NCBI GenBank assembly: GCA_965277405.1
Contig: OZ255726.1
Span: 1,504,001-1,568,000, forward strand
Origin: Gammaproteobacteria bacterium
Lineage (GTDB): Bacteria; Pseudomonadota; Gammaproteobacteria; G965277405
Reading direction: 5' to 3'
Length of the DNA: 64,000 bases
This document shows, one piece after another, positions 29,859-41,800 of this stretch; position 1 is the first letter of the stretch; the number at the start of each line of letters is the position of its first letter. The position numbers were made by a program, and so were the translations under genes. The notes beneath the pieces are model-generated. The model had not been told where the DNA came from, ran no database searches, and was given only the letters and a program-made list of their open reading frames with translations.

Positions 29859-32800
29859 ATGCTATTGCGCCTTATGCGACAAAATTATGTCATTTATGGC
29901 ATTATCATGTTGTTATTCGGCTTAGTGGCAGGCTGTCAGGATAATGCGCCGAGTGAAGATGAACTTTTGGCTGCTGGTCTGTTAACTGGAGATGCATATA
30001 GTCCACAGCCAACGGTATTTAAAGTAATCAAAGAATGTGTTGGTAACATAACAGATCCAGTAGACCCGCAACAGGAATGTGCCTCATTGGGTAATGACGT
30101 TCCGATTGCTAGGGAATCCTTTAATACAGGCACGCTAAATGGCAAGGAAAACCCGCTGTTGCTGTATCTTGAGTTTGACCATCCAGTGTATTTTAATGAG
30201 GCGCGCCAAGCTAAAATACAACTAACCAACGCCCAATGGACAAACGCTGGTGCGGCCACTAAATTGATTAAACCAGTCAAGATCAATGAGAAGGGTGAGT
30301 TTAGTAGTGTTATCGATAATATTGATATGCCGCAAGCATATCAACACTTTATATTGGGCTTGCTGCATGGTGAGTCTGATGGCGATAGCGTCACTGTAGT
30401 TGTTCCTGCTGATTTTGTCTACCGCAAGACGGATTCTGGCTACATTGCGTATAATTCCGTTACAATAAAGCTGTCGTTTATTGAGGATAGATCGCCGCCA
30501 ACGGCAACGTTTGAGTTTACAGACGGGATGGAATATCTAAATAATGATAAGTATATTGGTGTCGACTACGAGCAATATGGGGAAATAGAATTTGATGTTG
30601 TTTTGTCGGAAAACGTGTGGATAGGTGCTGAGGTTAGCTCAGACGCAGCAGATTTTGATGAAAATAGTTTTAGCAGCTTTTTTAGAAATAAACCTCGGAA
30701 AAGGACAGGATCCTATATTAAAAAAAACTCTGACTTGTATCGAGCAAGTACTATAAATAATGCAAGAGAATTGGAGGATGGTGTAAGAAAACTAACGTTC
30801 AAGCTCAAAAACACTAATGATGCTGAGGGTGGTTCTGATGGTTATATAGCGATTGCTGATGGCAGTTTGCCAACGCATGGTGGTGATTACGGCTTTCAAT
30901 TGAAAAAAAACACCTTGTGTGACGAGGCGGGTAATTGTGTTGATTCTTTAGCAAAACAGTTAATTGTTGACTCAAAACCGCCAAAAATTAAGGCAGTTAC
31001 GGCGAGCTTGGGTGCTGGTGCTACCGCTAAACTTAACGCGGGTTCAGTGTTAATGGTGGGGGTGTGGTTCGATGAGGAAGTGGTGAAGCCGACTGGGATG
31101 CGGCTTAAGTTTGCGATTGGCAACGGGGCTGAAGGGCTTGGTGACAAACCAAGATATTTGACTGTTACTGGTGCTGCTTGTGACGACGGTGATGAGGAAT
31201 GTAAGCAGAGTGACGCTGATAATGATTTTTGGCAGTATAGCTATACTGTTAGCTCAGGTGACGGCACCAATAAGGCTGGGTATATTTATGATAACAGTGA
31301 TGTAGCTGCCTGTGATGCTGTTGATGATGACAGTGGTGTAGAGACCTGCAATGCTGCCGACGACAACAGTGCTGTCGCTGCACAATGGTCAAGTGATATC
31401 AACAACATGCTGCAGCTGGTACCAGGTGAGCAGGAATCGTTTGCTGGGGAGCAGCCCCAGTTTGCAGAAGTTGTTGATGCGTATGGAAATGTGATGCAGG
31501 TTGCTGAGGATATTGTTATTACGCATGGCTATATACCAACAGATAACAACCTGTATTTCACCAAGAGGCCAACCGTTGATGTTGATATAGCGGTTTTTAA
31601 TAGTAAAAAAATTGATGCTATTGCACCAAGATTAGATTTTCCAATAAATGGCGACGCTATTAAACTTAATTATGTCTCGACGGTCATGTCTGGTAGTCAG
31701 TCGACAGCTGCGGGTGATAACAGGGTTATAGGAGTGTATGCCCAAGCAGAAAAAAACACATTACGTAGTGGTGAATTTATCAGTATAGCTGTGCCATTTA
31801 CAGAAAAGCTGTCGATTAAGAGGGATGCGAGTGGTCAACCAATCCTCGCTAATTGGAGTGATCCATCAGCGTGGGGGATAACAGACTTAGTTATTAGCGG
31901 GCGCTCAGGCGTGGGTGAGCCGCTGCAAGAGTATGTGCTAGATTATACTGCAGACCTTACTGCTCAAGTGATTAGTGGTAGCAGAGGCGATGAGGATATT
32001 GATGTTACTGGTGAAATCTTGTTTGTGGAATACCCAGGCATTGAACAAGACGTTACTGCTGATAGAAAATATCTTGTATATAGCAAGGAGATCTCAGAGA
32101 CGGTTTTTGGGGAAGGTTTGATGAGGACTAGTTTCGTCGTCAAGCATATCCGCAATTTTGCTCAGGTAACTGATATGCATGGCAATACAATCGTTGGAGT
32201 TGATGGCAAGGAGCTTGCTGCAGATAACCTGTTGCAGATAGATGTGCCAAGAAGCGAGCTCAAATTGGTTACCTCACCGTTTAAAATCGATACGGTGGCA
32301 CTGTATCGATACGATGAGCAAGAAGATACAGATAATCATAATCATAAATATCTCAGAAAAGTGACTGATGCATCAGCCTCAAAAATTGAATATATGGGAT
32401 TGACAGCAACCTCGCCATATACATATTTTGTTGGGATTCATTTTACTGATGAAGTAGCGCAATCCACTGATGTGGGCTCTTGGCAGCCGTATCAAGAGTT
32501 TGCAAGATTGTCGCCGCTACGCTTGAGGGTCGGAGTGAATGGTGATGATAATGGCAAGGTATTTACCATTGTCCCTAGCAGAGATGGAGGGGGGAGCGCT
32601 AATAGGTACACTATAAAAAAAGGTATAAATGATGATGAACTTGTGCGTAATCCAGCAGACGGTAACGTCAATAACTGGGTGTTTTATCGCATTGATATTA
32701 CTAATGATTTGCGAGGCTACCAAGATGATGATGGACTTGAAATACTAACAGCAACAATCGGTGTTGATGGGGCGGGTGATAATCAGATTTTTACTGCTGA

Positions 32801-35800
32801 TAACATTCCGTTAGTCGGGGCGTTTGATACAGGCTCAAACGAACATTATGTGCTGAGGTTTGCAGTTATTGATACTATTGCGCCTGTTTGTAATACGATA
32901 TATTTGACCGATGACGGTGGCGGCGGTCAAAAGATTGCAAAAGATGGTGAGAGCAATTCGATTCCTCGTAATAAGCGGCTATACGGGACATCGCTGCAAA
33001 ACAGTGCGCACAGAGAAATATATTTGATTTTTAGCTGCGATAAGCAGCTTAAATCAATAACTAATGATGCTGCAACTGATTTATTCGGTATACCGCTCAA
33101 GTATGGTCCAAATCAGAGATTGGTTTCTTATTTTCAGTATAAGAAATTGATTACTGATAACGATGATAACTCAATGATCGTGTATCAGCATAAGTTTCAG
33201 CAAAACAGTGTCGCCGCGCAAATAGGGGATGTATCAGGCGATTTTTCTCTAGGTAAAGATCAAGATCAAAACCCGCTAAGGTATAAGTATGATGTTGAGA
33301 CTAACTCAATTCAGGTGACAACAGACTCTATATTTAAAGACGCTGCCTTTAATGATGCCGCAGTTGCCAGCGCTGTGTTTAATGATCTAAGTTTTACCGC
33401 GTATAATCCCACTACAGATGCCGCAACGGAACAATACGTGCAGTTTGGCGCAGTGGATAGAGAGTTTAATACATTTGTTATCGATTCAAGAGCGCATCCG
33501 GTGCGGCTGGATTGGTCCACAGATAGTGGCGTATATAATACCACTGACCGTAATAAAATATATTTAAAGGTGTATTTTGGGTCTGAGGATAAAATAGCAG
33601 AGAATGTTACCTATCGACATATTCATAAAATAACTGACTTTGATACCAGCAGCCAAGTAACAATAAAATTAGATCTTACCAATACAGACGCAGATAATGA
33701 ATTTGTATTTGATAGTTTTATAAATAAACATGGTGATAGCATCGATGATGCGCATGAATCTGCAGCTGTCGGGATACGCTTTGTCTACAATATAACAGCA
33801 GATGCTTCTCGTGGTTTAAAGAAAATTGACTCACTGGGTGCAAGTGTATTAAACACTATGCCTAGAGGCTTATATGCAACAGGTGAATTTATAAAATTTG
33901 ATGGTAGTACGGTTGATGTTTCATCAGAACTTGATTATAAAATAAATGATAAATATATAAATGAAGTGAGTGAAGATGTTGATAAAGTTAGTATTGATAG
34001 CTTTGTCCCCAAAGTTATATTGCCAGATTTAACGTCTGATAGAAATCAACAACTACCGATAGAGGTGTATTCGCGGCGATATAAGACGGAAGGAAGGTCA
34101 AACATTAAATTGCAATATAGACATAACGACAACGCTAAGATAAATCCAGATATAACGTTTAGTGAATTAGTGTTTAAATTAAATTTTAATCAACAGGTCA
34201 ATAAATTTAATACAGATGATGAAAGTAATGAATTAGATGCGTATTTGGGAAAAAATATAAAGTTATATTTTCATATAACTACTGACGAAGACAATGCTAT
34301 GCAGCAAACAGCGCGGTATTTGCCTATATTAGAGTATAAAGAAATGTTTGATAAAAGCGGTGATAATAATCGATTGGCGTATAGTAATCAATCGTTGTAT
34401 TTTATTTATAACTTTAATACACGTGGTCAGATCGGAGTTGGCATTGATTTTAACGGTATTGAGATAAAAAATGAATCTGGTGGTATTTTTTACGATATTA
34501 AAGATATAAATCGCAATAAATGGGATTATTCTAGTTTACAAAGTAACATTGATTTTGCTTATAAAGTAAATATGGTAAGAGGTGTTATTGTTGAAAGTAT
34601 TGACATAACCCCAGATATAACTAATGATGTTGTAAGGTATGATACACCGACTGATATTGTAGTTAAACTTAATAAAAGACTGTTTATTGGTGAAGATGTT
34701 ACCGCTGAGATTGCTATCAAGCTGGTGATGAATATTGCTGAAGATTTAAGTTTAGATTTAAGGCAAGATACCTATGCTATACTTGTGCGTTCAAGTTTAA
34801 ATGCAGGTTCAGAACCAACTAATGACATTAGTAATAATGCTGACGCCGATGGTTCAAGCGAATTATTGTTTCGCTTCCGCTTAGATCAAGAAGTTGACGA
34901 TGATAGGCTGGATGATGCTGATGGTGGTATTACCATTGCCCCTGACTTATATATATGTAGTAACAATAATGAACAAGTGCGCCATAGCGCAGAAAATTGT
35001 ACTGCTTATGTGTCATCTAACGATGAATCGGCAGATGAGTCGTTGAAGCGTAACGACTTGTATTTTAAAACCTATAAAGACCTTGATAATGATCCTAATA
35101 CAGCCAAAACTAAACAACTAGAGAACTTTGACACCTTAGATGCTAAACTAGACGATTTTAACTACACATATGGGGCTAACTCAAGGCTGCATAGGGTGGT
35201 AGCAGTCAATAGCGATAATCTAGATGATTCGATACGACTATATTATAAGGATGCTGCTACTGATAAATTAACGCTAGCTGATACTAACAGCGCGCATGTA
35301 TTTAGAAAAAATGCACAAGTATATTTAGGCGCAAAATTTAACTTAAGTAGAAGCGTTAACCCAGATTTAACGGCGAATAAATTTGACGCAGCCAGTTTAA
35401 ACAATAGCAACATACAATTCAAAGTGGTATTGTACGATCCTGCTGATGAAGATGCGATTACAGAAAAACCACTACTGTTTGATTTTTATAAAGTAAGTAA
35501 AGTTGCTGATTTTGCTGTTGCAGATAACCCTGGTGATAACGCACAGTGGCTACTTTTTAATGCCACGCTTGATGGTGGTTATTTTGCTACGCCAGTTACT
35601 GGTGATAAATCGATTAAAGTTGATTTTACTGATAATATTCAATATTCTAACGCTAGTGAACTATACGCATTTAGTACGATTTATCATAAAAGTATCAATG
35701 CGGGCTTGCTTAAAGTGAATACTGTAAGTCAGGAAGAGAGTATAACGGTTGTAACAGCAAGAAGTCAGCCGCTACTAGGCTATAGCATTGATTCGCGTCC

Positions 35801-38800
35801 ATATGTGCTAAGTGTTGAGAACATTAGCGACTATACGAATGACGTAATAAGCAAAAGAGACACCTTAAAGTTTAAATTAGTTTTCAGTGAGCCGATAATG
35901 TGGGTTGGTGATGCTACGAGTGACACTACAGTCCATGCTAAGTTAACAATAACAAAACGAAATGATTCAAGTTATTCTGCAGTTAAAGATATAACTTTTG
36001 CTGTCACAGCATTAGCTAGTGATGCTACTGCTAATAATGCAATACAAATCGAATTCAATCATTGGTCCCAATCCCAATTGCTAATAGATACCCAAGCCGA
36101 CGACTACGAAACAAATTTAGAATTTAGCAATATTGTATATTCGACAGATGCTAGATTAAAGTCTGCAGATACTAGTGCGATAGTTGCGCCTAATTTAACC
36201 GATATAAGATATAACGAAAAATTGAGAATTTATACAAAAAAAATTGAGTTAGATAAAGAAAATATTAAATATGGCGTTGTTCCAGTTGCTGGGAACACCT
36301 GTGTAGAAAAGAGAGTAATATATTATAACAATCGCTTTTGTATTGAGATATCGTTTAAGGGCGGAGCTGGCAATGAAAGATTTCAATATAATTATGGCAA
36401 TAATGTTGAGAGTGCAGGGATTAGGATAACAGCGAAAAAACCAAACAGTAGTCAGCTCGCGGTTGATGATTTTTTATTTGGCATGTCGATAGATGCTAGT
36501 TTAGTCACAAACATACCGTCCGATACAATTGTGTTTACGGTAGCTACCGCTCAATTCAATGTAGGGCTGAGCAATATTAACCCCTATAATGGAGAGTCAA
36601 TACCGCCTGCAAGTTTTACCTTAATAGATTCTAGTATAAAGATAGATGGCTATGGCACTCTTACTAGCTATTTAGGCGATTTAGATAACGGCGATACGAC
36701 AGCTGATTTTCCTGCAACATTACAAATTGATAGCAGACCGCAGGTAGACAATAATGATATTAGCATTTTACCAACAACCAAATGGCTACCTGCAACTAAT
36801 ATTACAATCACATTACCATTACATCAATCTTCTAGCGATGGTTACAGTTTATATCAATCAGGAGATGCCGAGTATGCAAATTATTATTTAGAAGCGTATT
36901 TGTTGAATACATCTGAACAAATAGAGCATAGTTCAAATACTATAAAGCTACCACTAAAAGAAATCAGTGGAGACTCGTTAGTGTTTAGTGGTGTGCCACC
37001 GCAAGGTATAGCTAATGGTAGATATTATTTAAAAATTGAAGAGCATATACGCAGAGAAGATGAAGATGGCAGCAATATTATTAATGATGATAATTATATT
37101 ATAAATTACAAGTCTTTTGAAAGCTATATATCGCCTGCTATCGAAATAGATACAAGTAAAAGGGAGTTTAATGAGGTTGAATTATCGTATGCAAACGCAA
37201 TTGACGACGTCTGGGGTAACAGCGTTATACATGAAATCAAGCCTTCAAATAACCGTTTGATTTTAAGAAATGGTAGTTATTTGGTTTTTGATTTTAGAAC
37301 AAATATTGGTAGTTTTTCTGCAAATGATAGTATACAAATAGCAGATCAAGAAATTTACACTGGTTTATCTATAACAGCATTGATTAACGGAGTTGAGCGG
37401 AATGTTGACAGTAAGGTATTATTAAATGATAATGCAACTACAACGCTGAATACAAGCAATAACTCAACGGACGCAACAGTACTGCGTTTTTATTATCAAC
37501 TTACAGCTGCAGATTATTCAACTGATGCATCTGGTAATCCAATTACAACTATTGAATTACAACAGAATAGCTTTATAACTGATCATTCTCATGATGCATT
37601 TACATATGACGATGAAAATCATATTGTTTTTTCTAGTGTGTTAGCTTATAGCTATACATACAACCATGTTAATAATTCTGGTGAATTAACTAATAAGACA
37701 GTTATTGATACCCGCCCGTATATTAAGGCTATTTGTTTTTCTAATAATACCGATATTTGCTTTGCTAATAATACCGATGATAGACAAAGTGCACAGCACT
37801 TAATTGCTAAAGACAATTCGCACGACTTGTCCTTGCTTGTTGCATTTAGCGGCAATATTGGCTATAGCGACGTCACGGGCGATGTTACGGTTGATTTTGC
37901 ATTTATTGATGGAGACAACAACAGCAGCCCACTGCGATATGCAGACAATGAAATAATAACAGGCACTTATAAACTGTCTTTTCTTAATTCGGATATATCC
38001 AACAATCGGCTCAGGCTTGATGTTATACAGCTTCCTGCTGGTATCGATACTAGAACAAATATCAACGTTTTAAAACTGTCTAATTTTGTGTTTAGTGCTG
38101 CTGCGGCGACAAGCATAGTTTCAAATGAAACAGGACAAAACAACACAACTTTAGATTTCAGTGATCAGGTTGCAGCTATGAAAACTGGAACAGTACATTC
38201 GGTGTATACTAAAGAGCTGCAGCTTGCGGCTGCAAATCCATATGTTTGGAAGTATTCCAATTGTAACGATAATGGGTCTCTTGCAGCTATAGATGAAAAT
38301 GTAAATATGTATGATAAATGTTTAGTGCTTGGCATAACATTTGCATTAAACGCTAATACTAGTATAACTGGTATAAACGATGATGATGATTCATTAAATG
38401 CCACAATAAGCGTTAGTGGCGATGGTGTTCAAGGTACTCCCATAACTTTAGCATACCATAGCTTAACTGCAGTAGGTTCATTTGTGAATGATCGTATCTA
38501 TTTACAGTCAGAGCAATTGAAAAATGCTCATGCTAATTACAGCTATAACTCCAATAATTATTTAAAACTTAGCATTAGTGAACCTGAAAATTTCATCCAA
38601 ACAGTGTTTTATAATATAGACAATAATAACGACACAACCACAACAAAAAACTTACCATTGATATTTGATTTAACAATTGCTGAGTTGCCAGATGTGACCA
38701 TAGATACAAGAATGCTGTTAACTGATATTACCGTAGATGATGGGCTAATATATACAGCCACTGATACAATTGCGGTACATTATGTATTTAGCCAAATATT

Positions 38801-41800
38801 AAGCAACTGGAGTAGTATTGCTAATGCTGTAGTTGCTCGTTTTCACATATATGATCCATCAGAGCCAACTATAGTTATTGCTGATATTACGGCAGATATT
38901 ACTACAGATATAGAATATCAAGATAATTATGCTTTAAAGTCTAGTATTAACATTAGCGACATAAGTGGCGACTCAATGAATTATAATACTTTAAATGCAG
39001 GTGGATATGCCCTTAAACTTGTCGATATAACAATTGATTCATCAGGCTCAGCTGCTGACTATACCTCAGTTAATGGAAATTTTTATAACTTTGATGCAGC
39101 TGTTGCTATAGTTAAACAAGGGTTAAAAATTCAAAAGGTAGCAACTAATATAACTAGCATCACTGTTAAATTTAAGAGGGAAAATTCATCAGAAATTAGT
39201 GATTTTATCCATGAAACGCAAGTATTAACTGCAGGAGATACATTGATATTTGAATTAGATACCAACACTAACACGCACGATAGTAATGGTCTAAAGCAAA
39301 ATACTAACCTCAAGTATAAATTTTTACTAGCAGGAACTGAAAAAACTACTGATGCGGCAGAGTTTGTCAGCAGCAGTAATAATAATAATAATTTTGATAA
39401 GGTTAGGTTTGCATATCGTATAGCAAGTGGCGATTATGCTAATATTAGCGTGAATGAATCTCTTGCATTTACTCATGTTGAGTTAAATGCATATGCGGAT
39501 ATGTTTGATAATGGCGTGCTATTGGCTGCTGATGGAGACGTAACCGTTGCCTTGTCAACTCAAGGGGCAGCAAGTATTGTAGCATTCAACACTCGTGAAG
39601 ATGCCGATAACCCATTTATACGTATCAATACGGCGGTTAAATTTTCAAACATTAGCATGCGCAGTGTTGGCGCGCTACAAGCTAACGGCAGGACAACAGA
39701 TTATTTATATCCACCAGGCTATAGCCATCAACTGTGTTTAGCTGATTCGCAAAGTTCAAGAAACACGTTGCAAATATCGTTAACGCTACCAGCGGGATAT
39801 AACTTTAAAATTGGCAGTGAACCTAGTACAGTTACTAATGATAATTCGACAAAACTAGTAATTGATTTAAGTCCTGACTCTGGTGGCGGTATTGTGACTA
39901 AAGAACTCATATTATATAATTATAATGTTGGATCTAAAACGTTAGACTTTAGTGCGGATTTATCTGATTTATCTGATGATAAAGAATATAAATATGCTGT
40001 AAAACTTAAAGCGGTAACAAATCTTGGTGGAGATGCAGGGATAGTTGTCAATGGCAGTGGTGGTAATGCTAACAATGCCGAGTTTTTAGATCAAATTTTC
40101 TTAAATTACGGCCAAGGTATATTAAGTGGATATACGGTAACAACGGACAAAGTTTCGCCAGCCAGCATTACTGTTTTATCATCTAATCGAGATGAAAATC
40201 ACATAGCTGTGTATAACGTTAAGAATAATAACCTAACTGATGACAGTAAATACTATCAGCTGACTGAGGCTGTAGTCAACGATGGCTCATTGTATGAAAC
40301 GATAACCCTTACAGTTGTAGATGATGGTTTTAATGCAGATGCCAATCCATCTAATTTTAAATTATTAGGTGCTCTTGCTGCACTCTATACGATTGATAGC
40401 GCAACTCCCATGTTGACTAATTCAAAAAAATTAATTATTCACATATCTCCAAAATTAAATATAGATGATTTGACTGCGGCAAACAATAACACAATACAAA
40501 TAGCTGCATTAGATAACGTGTTTGAAAATACTGCATGTAGCGCTACAGTGCTTAATTCTATCATGCCATTTAATGTTAAATACGGCGACCTTAGTCTTGC
40601 TGTCGCGGAAGAGGACCAAAGCCAATTTGCAATAATTGAACAGGAAAATGCTGATGGTGGATATAAAGATGTTGGTTTGTTTAATCATAAGATTGTTTTA
40701 CAGATAAATACCGCAGCAGGCTTAAACGAACAGTGGAATAAAATCCAGTATTCAAATACCCAAGATGTATTAAATAACTTTCTCGATACAGCTAATTTAC
40801 TTTTAGATGGGCTAATTCCAACGGTTACCCAAAAATCTGCTACACAACTTACCTATAAATTATCTGGAAATGTTACCCCGCATAGTTCTGATCGCGCTAG
40901 TGATACAGCTAAAGGTTTTAGTTTCGTTCAACCTAATATAACTGAATTAAAATTTCTGCTTCAAGGTGAAACTGAAGATATAATTATTAAGAATGTAAAA
41001 ATTGACTCAATACATGATGGGTTTAGATATATTTTTAAGGATTTTATTGATGTAATAAAAAACGTTACAGTTGACTTAATAACAAGTTCAAGTGCACGAC
41101 TTAATTTTAATAAAATATTTGAACCTAGTGGTGCATCAGTCACTAAATATGAGGTCGAGTATACAGATAGCCACAACAATGTTAATACGTTGACAACATC
41201 ACACATTGCTGCTGGTAGATCAGTCCATCTCACGGGGCTGTCTGCCAATGAACAGTATTCCGTAAAAATTCAATATACCCTTACCGATGCAAGTGGCGAC
41301 ACACCATCTGGTTATTCTCGCAGCTCAAGGTTTATCACACCTGCGGCGCTAGATGATGCGCTGTTTAATCCTGTGGGCTATGTATATCCAAATATCCATG
41401 GCAGTAGATCAATAGATATTGCCACTCTAAATACAACTGTATTTAGTATTTATAAAACATTTAATTCAGCGCGTAATAAGGTGACTGGCTCTGTAATAAC
41501 AGATAATGATTATGTGCCAGGATTTAAAAGTGCAACCATAGCTGCGAATAGCATACAGAGTATTACTTTTGACGAAGCAAGTGCCGTAAACAAACAATAC
41601 TTTATTCACTCAGATAATCCATTGCAAATTATCGGGTATCGATATCGAACAGTTCCTAAAAGTTCATATATGTTTGTCAATATATTGCCAGATATAAAAC
41701 ATTCAGCAGACGAATTGGTATACGTTAACCCCAGACCTGATCAAGATATTTATGAGTCAGAGTTATCTGTATTGTCGAGCGAGGAATGGATCCTAAAGAT

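Noticed and set aside
40554-40581. XerD-arm-like TAATGTTAAAT inside gene A
   Set aside because: The adjacent XerC arm and spacer do not match dif; likely chance in AT-rich coding DNA
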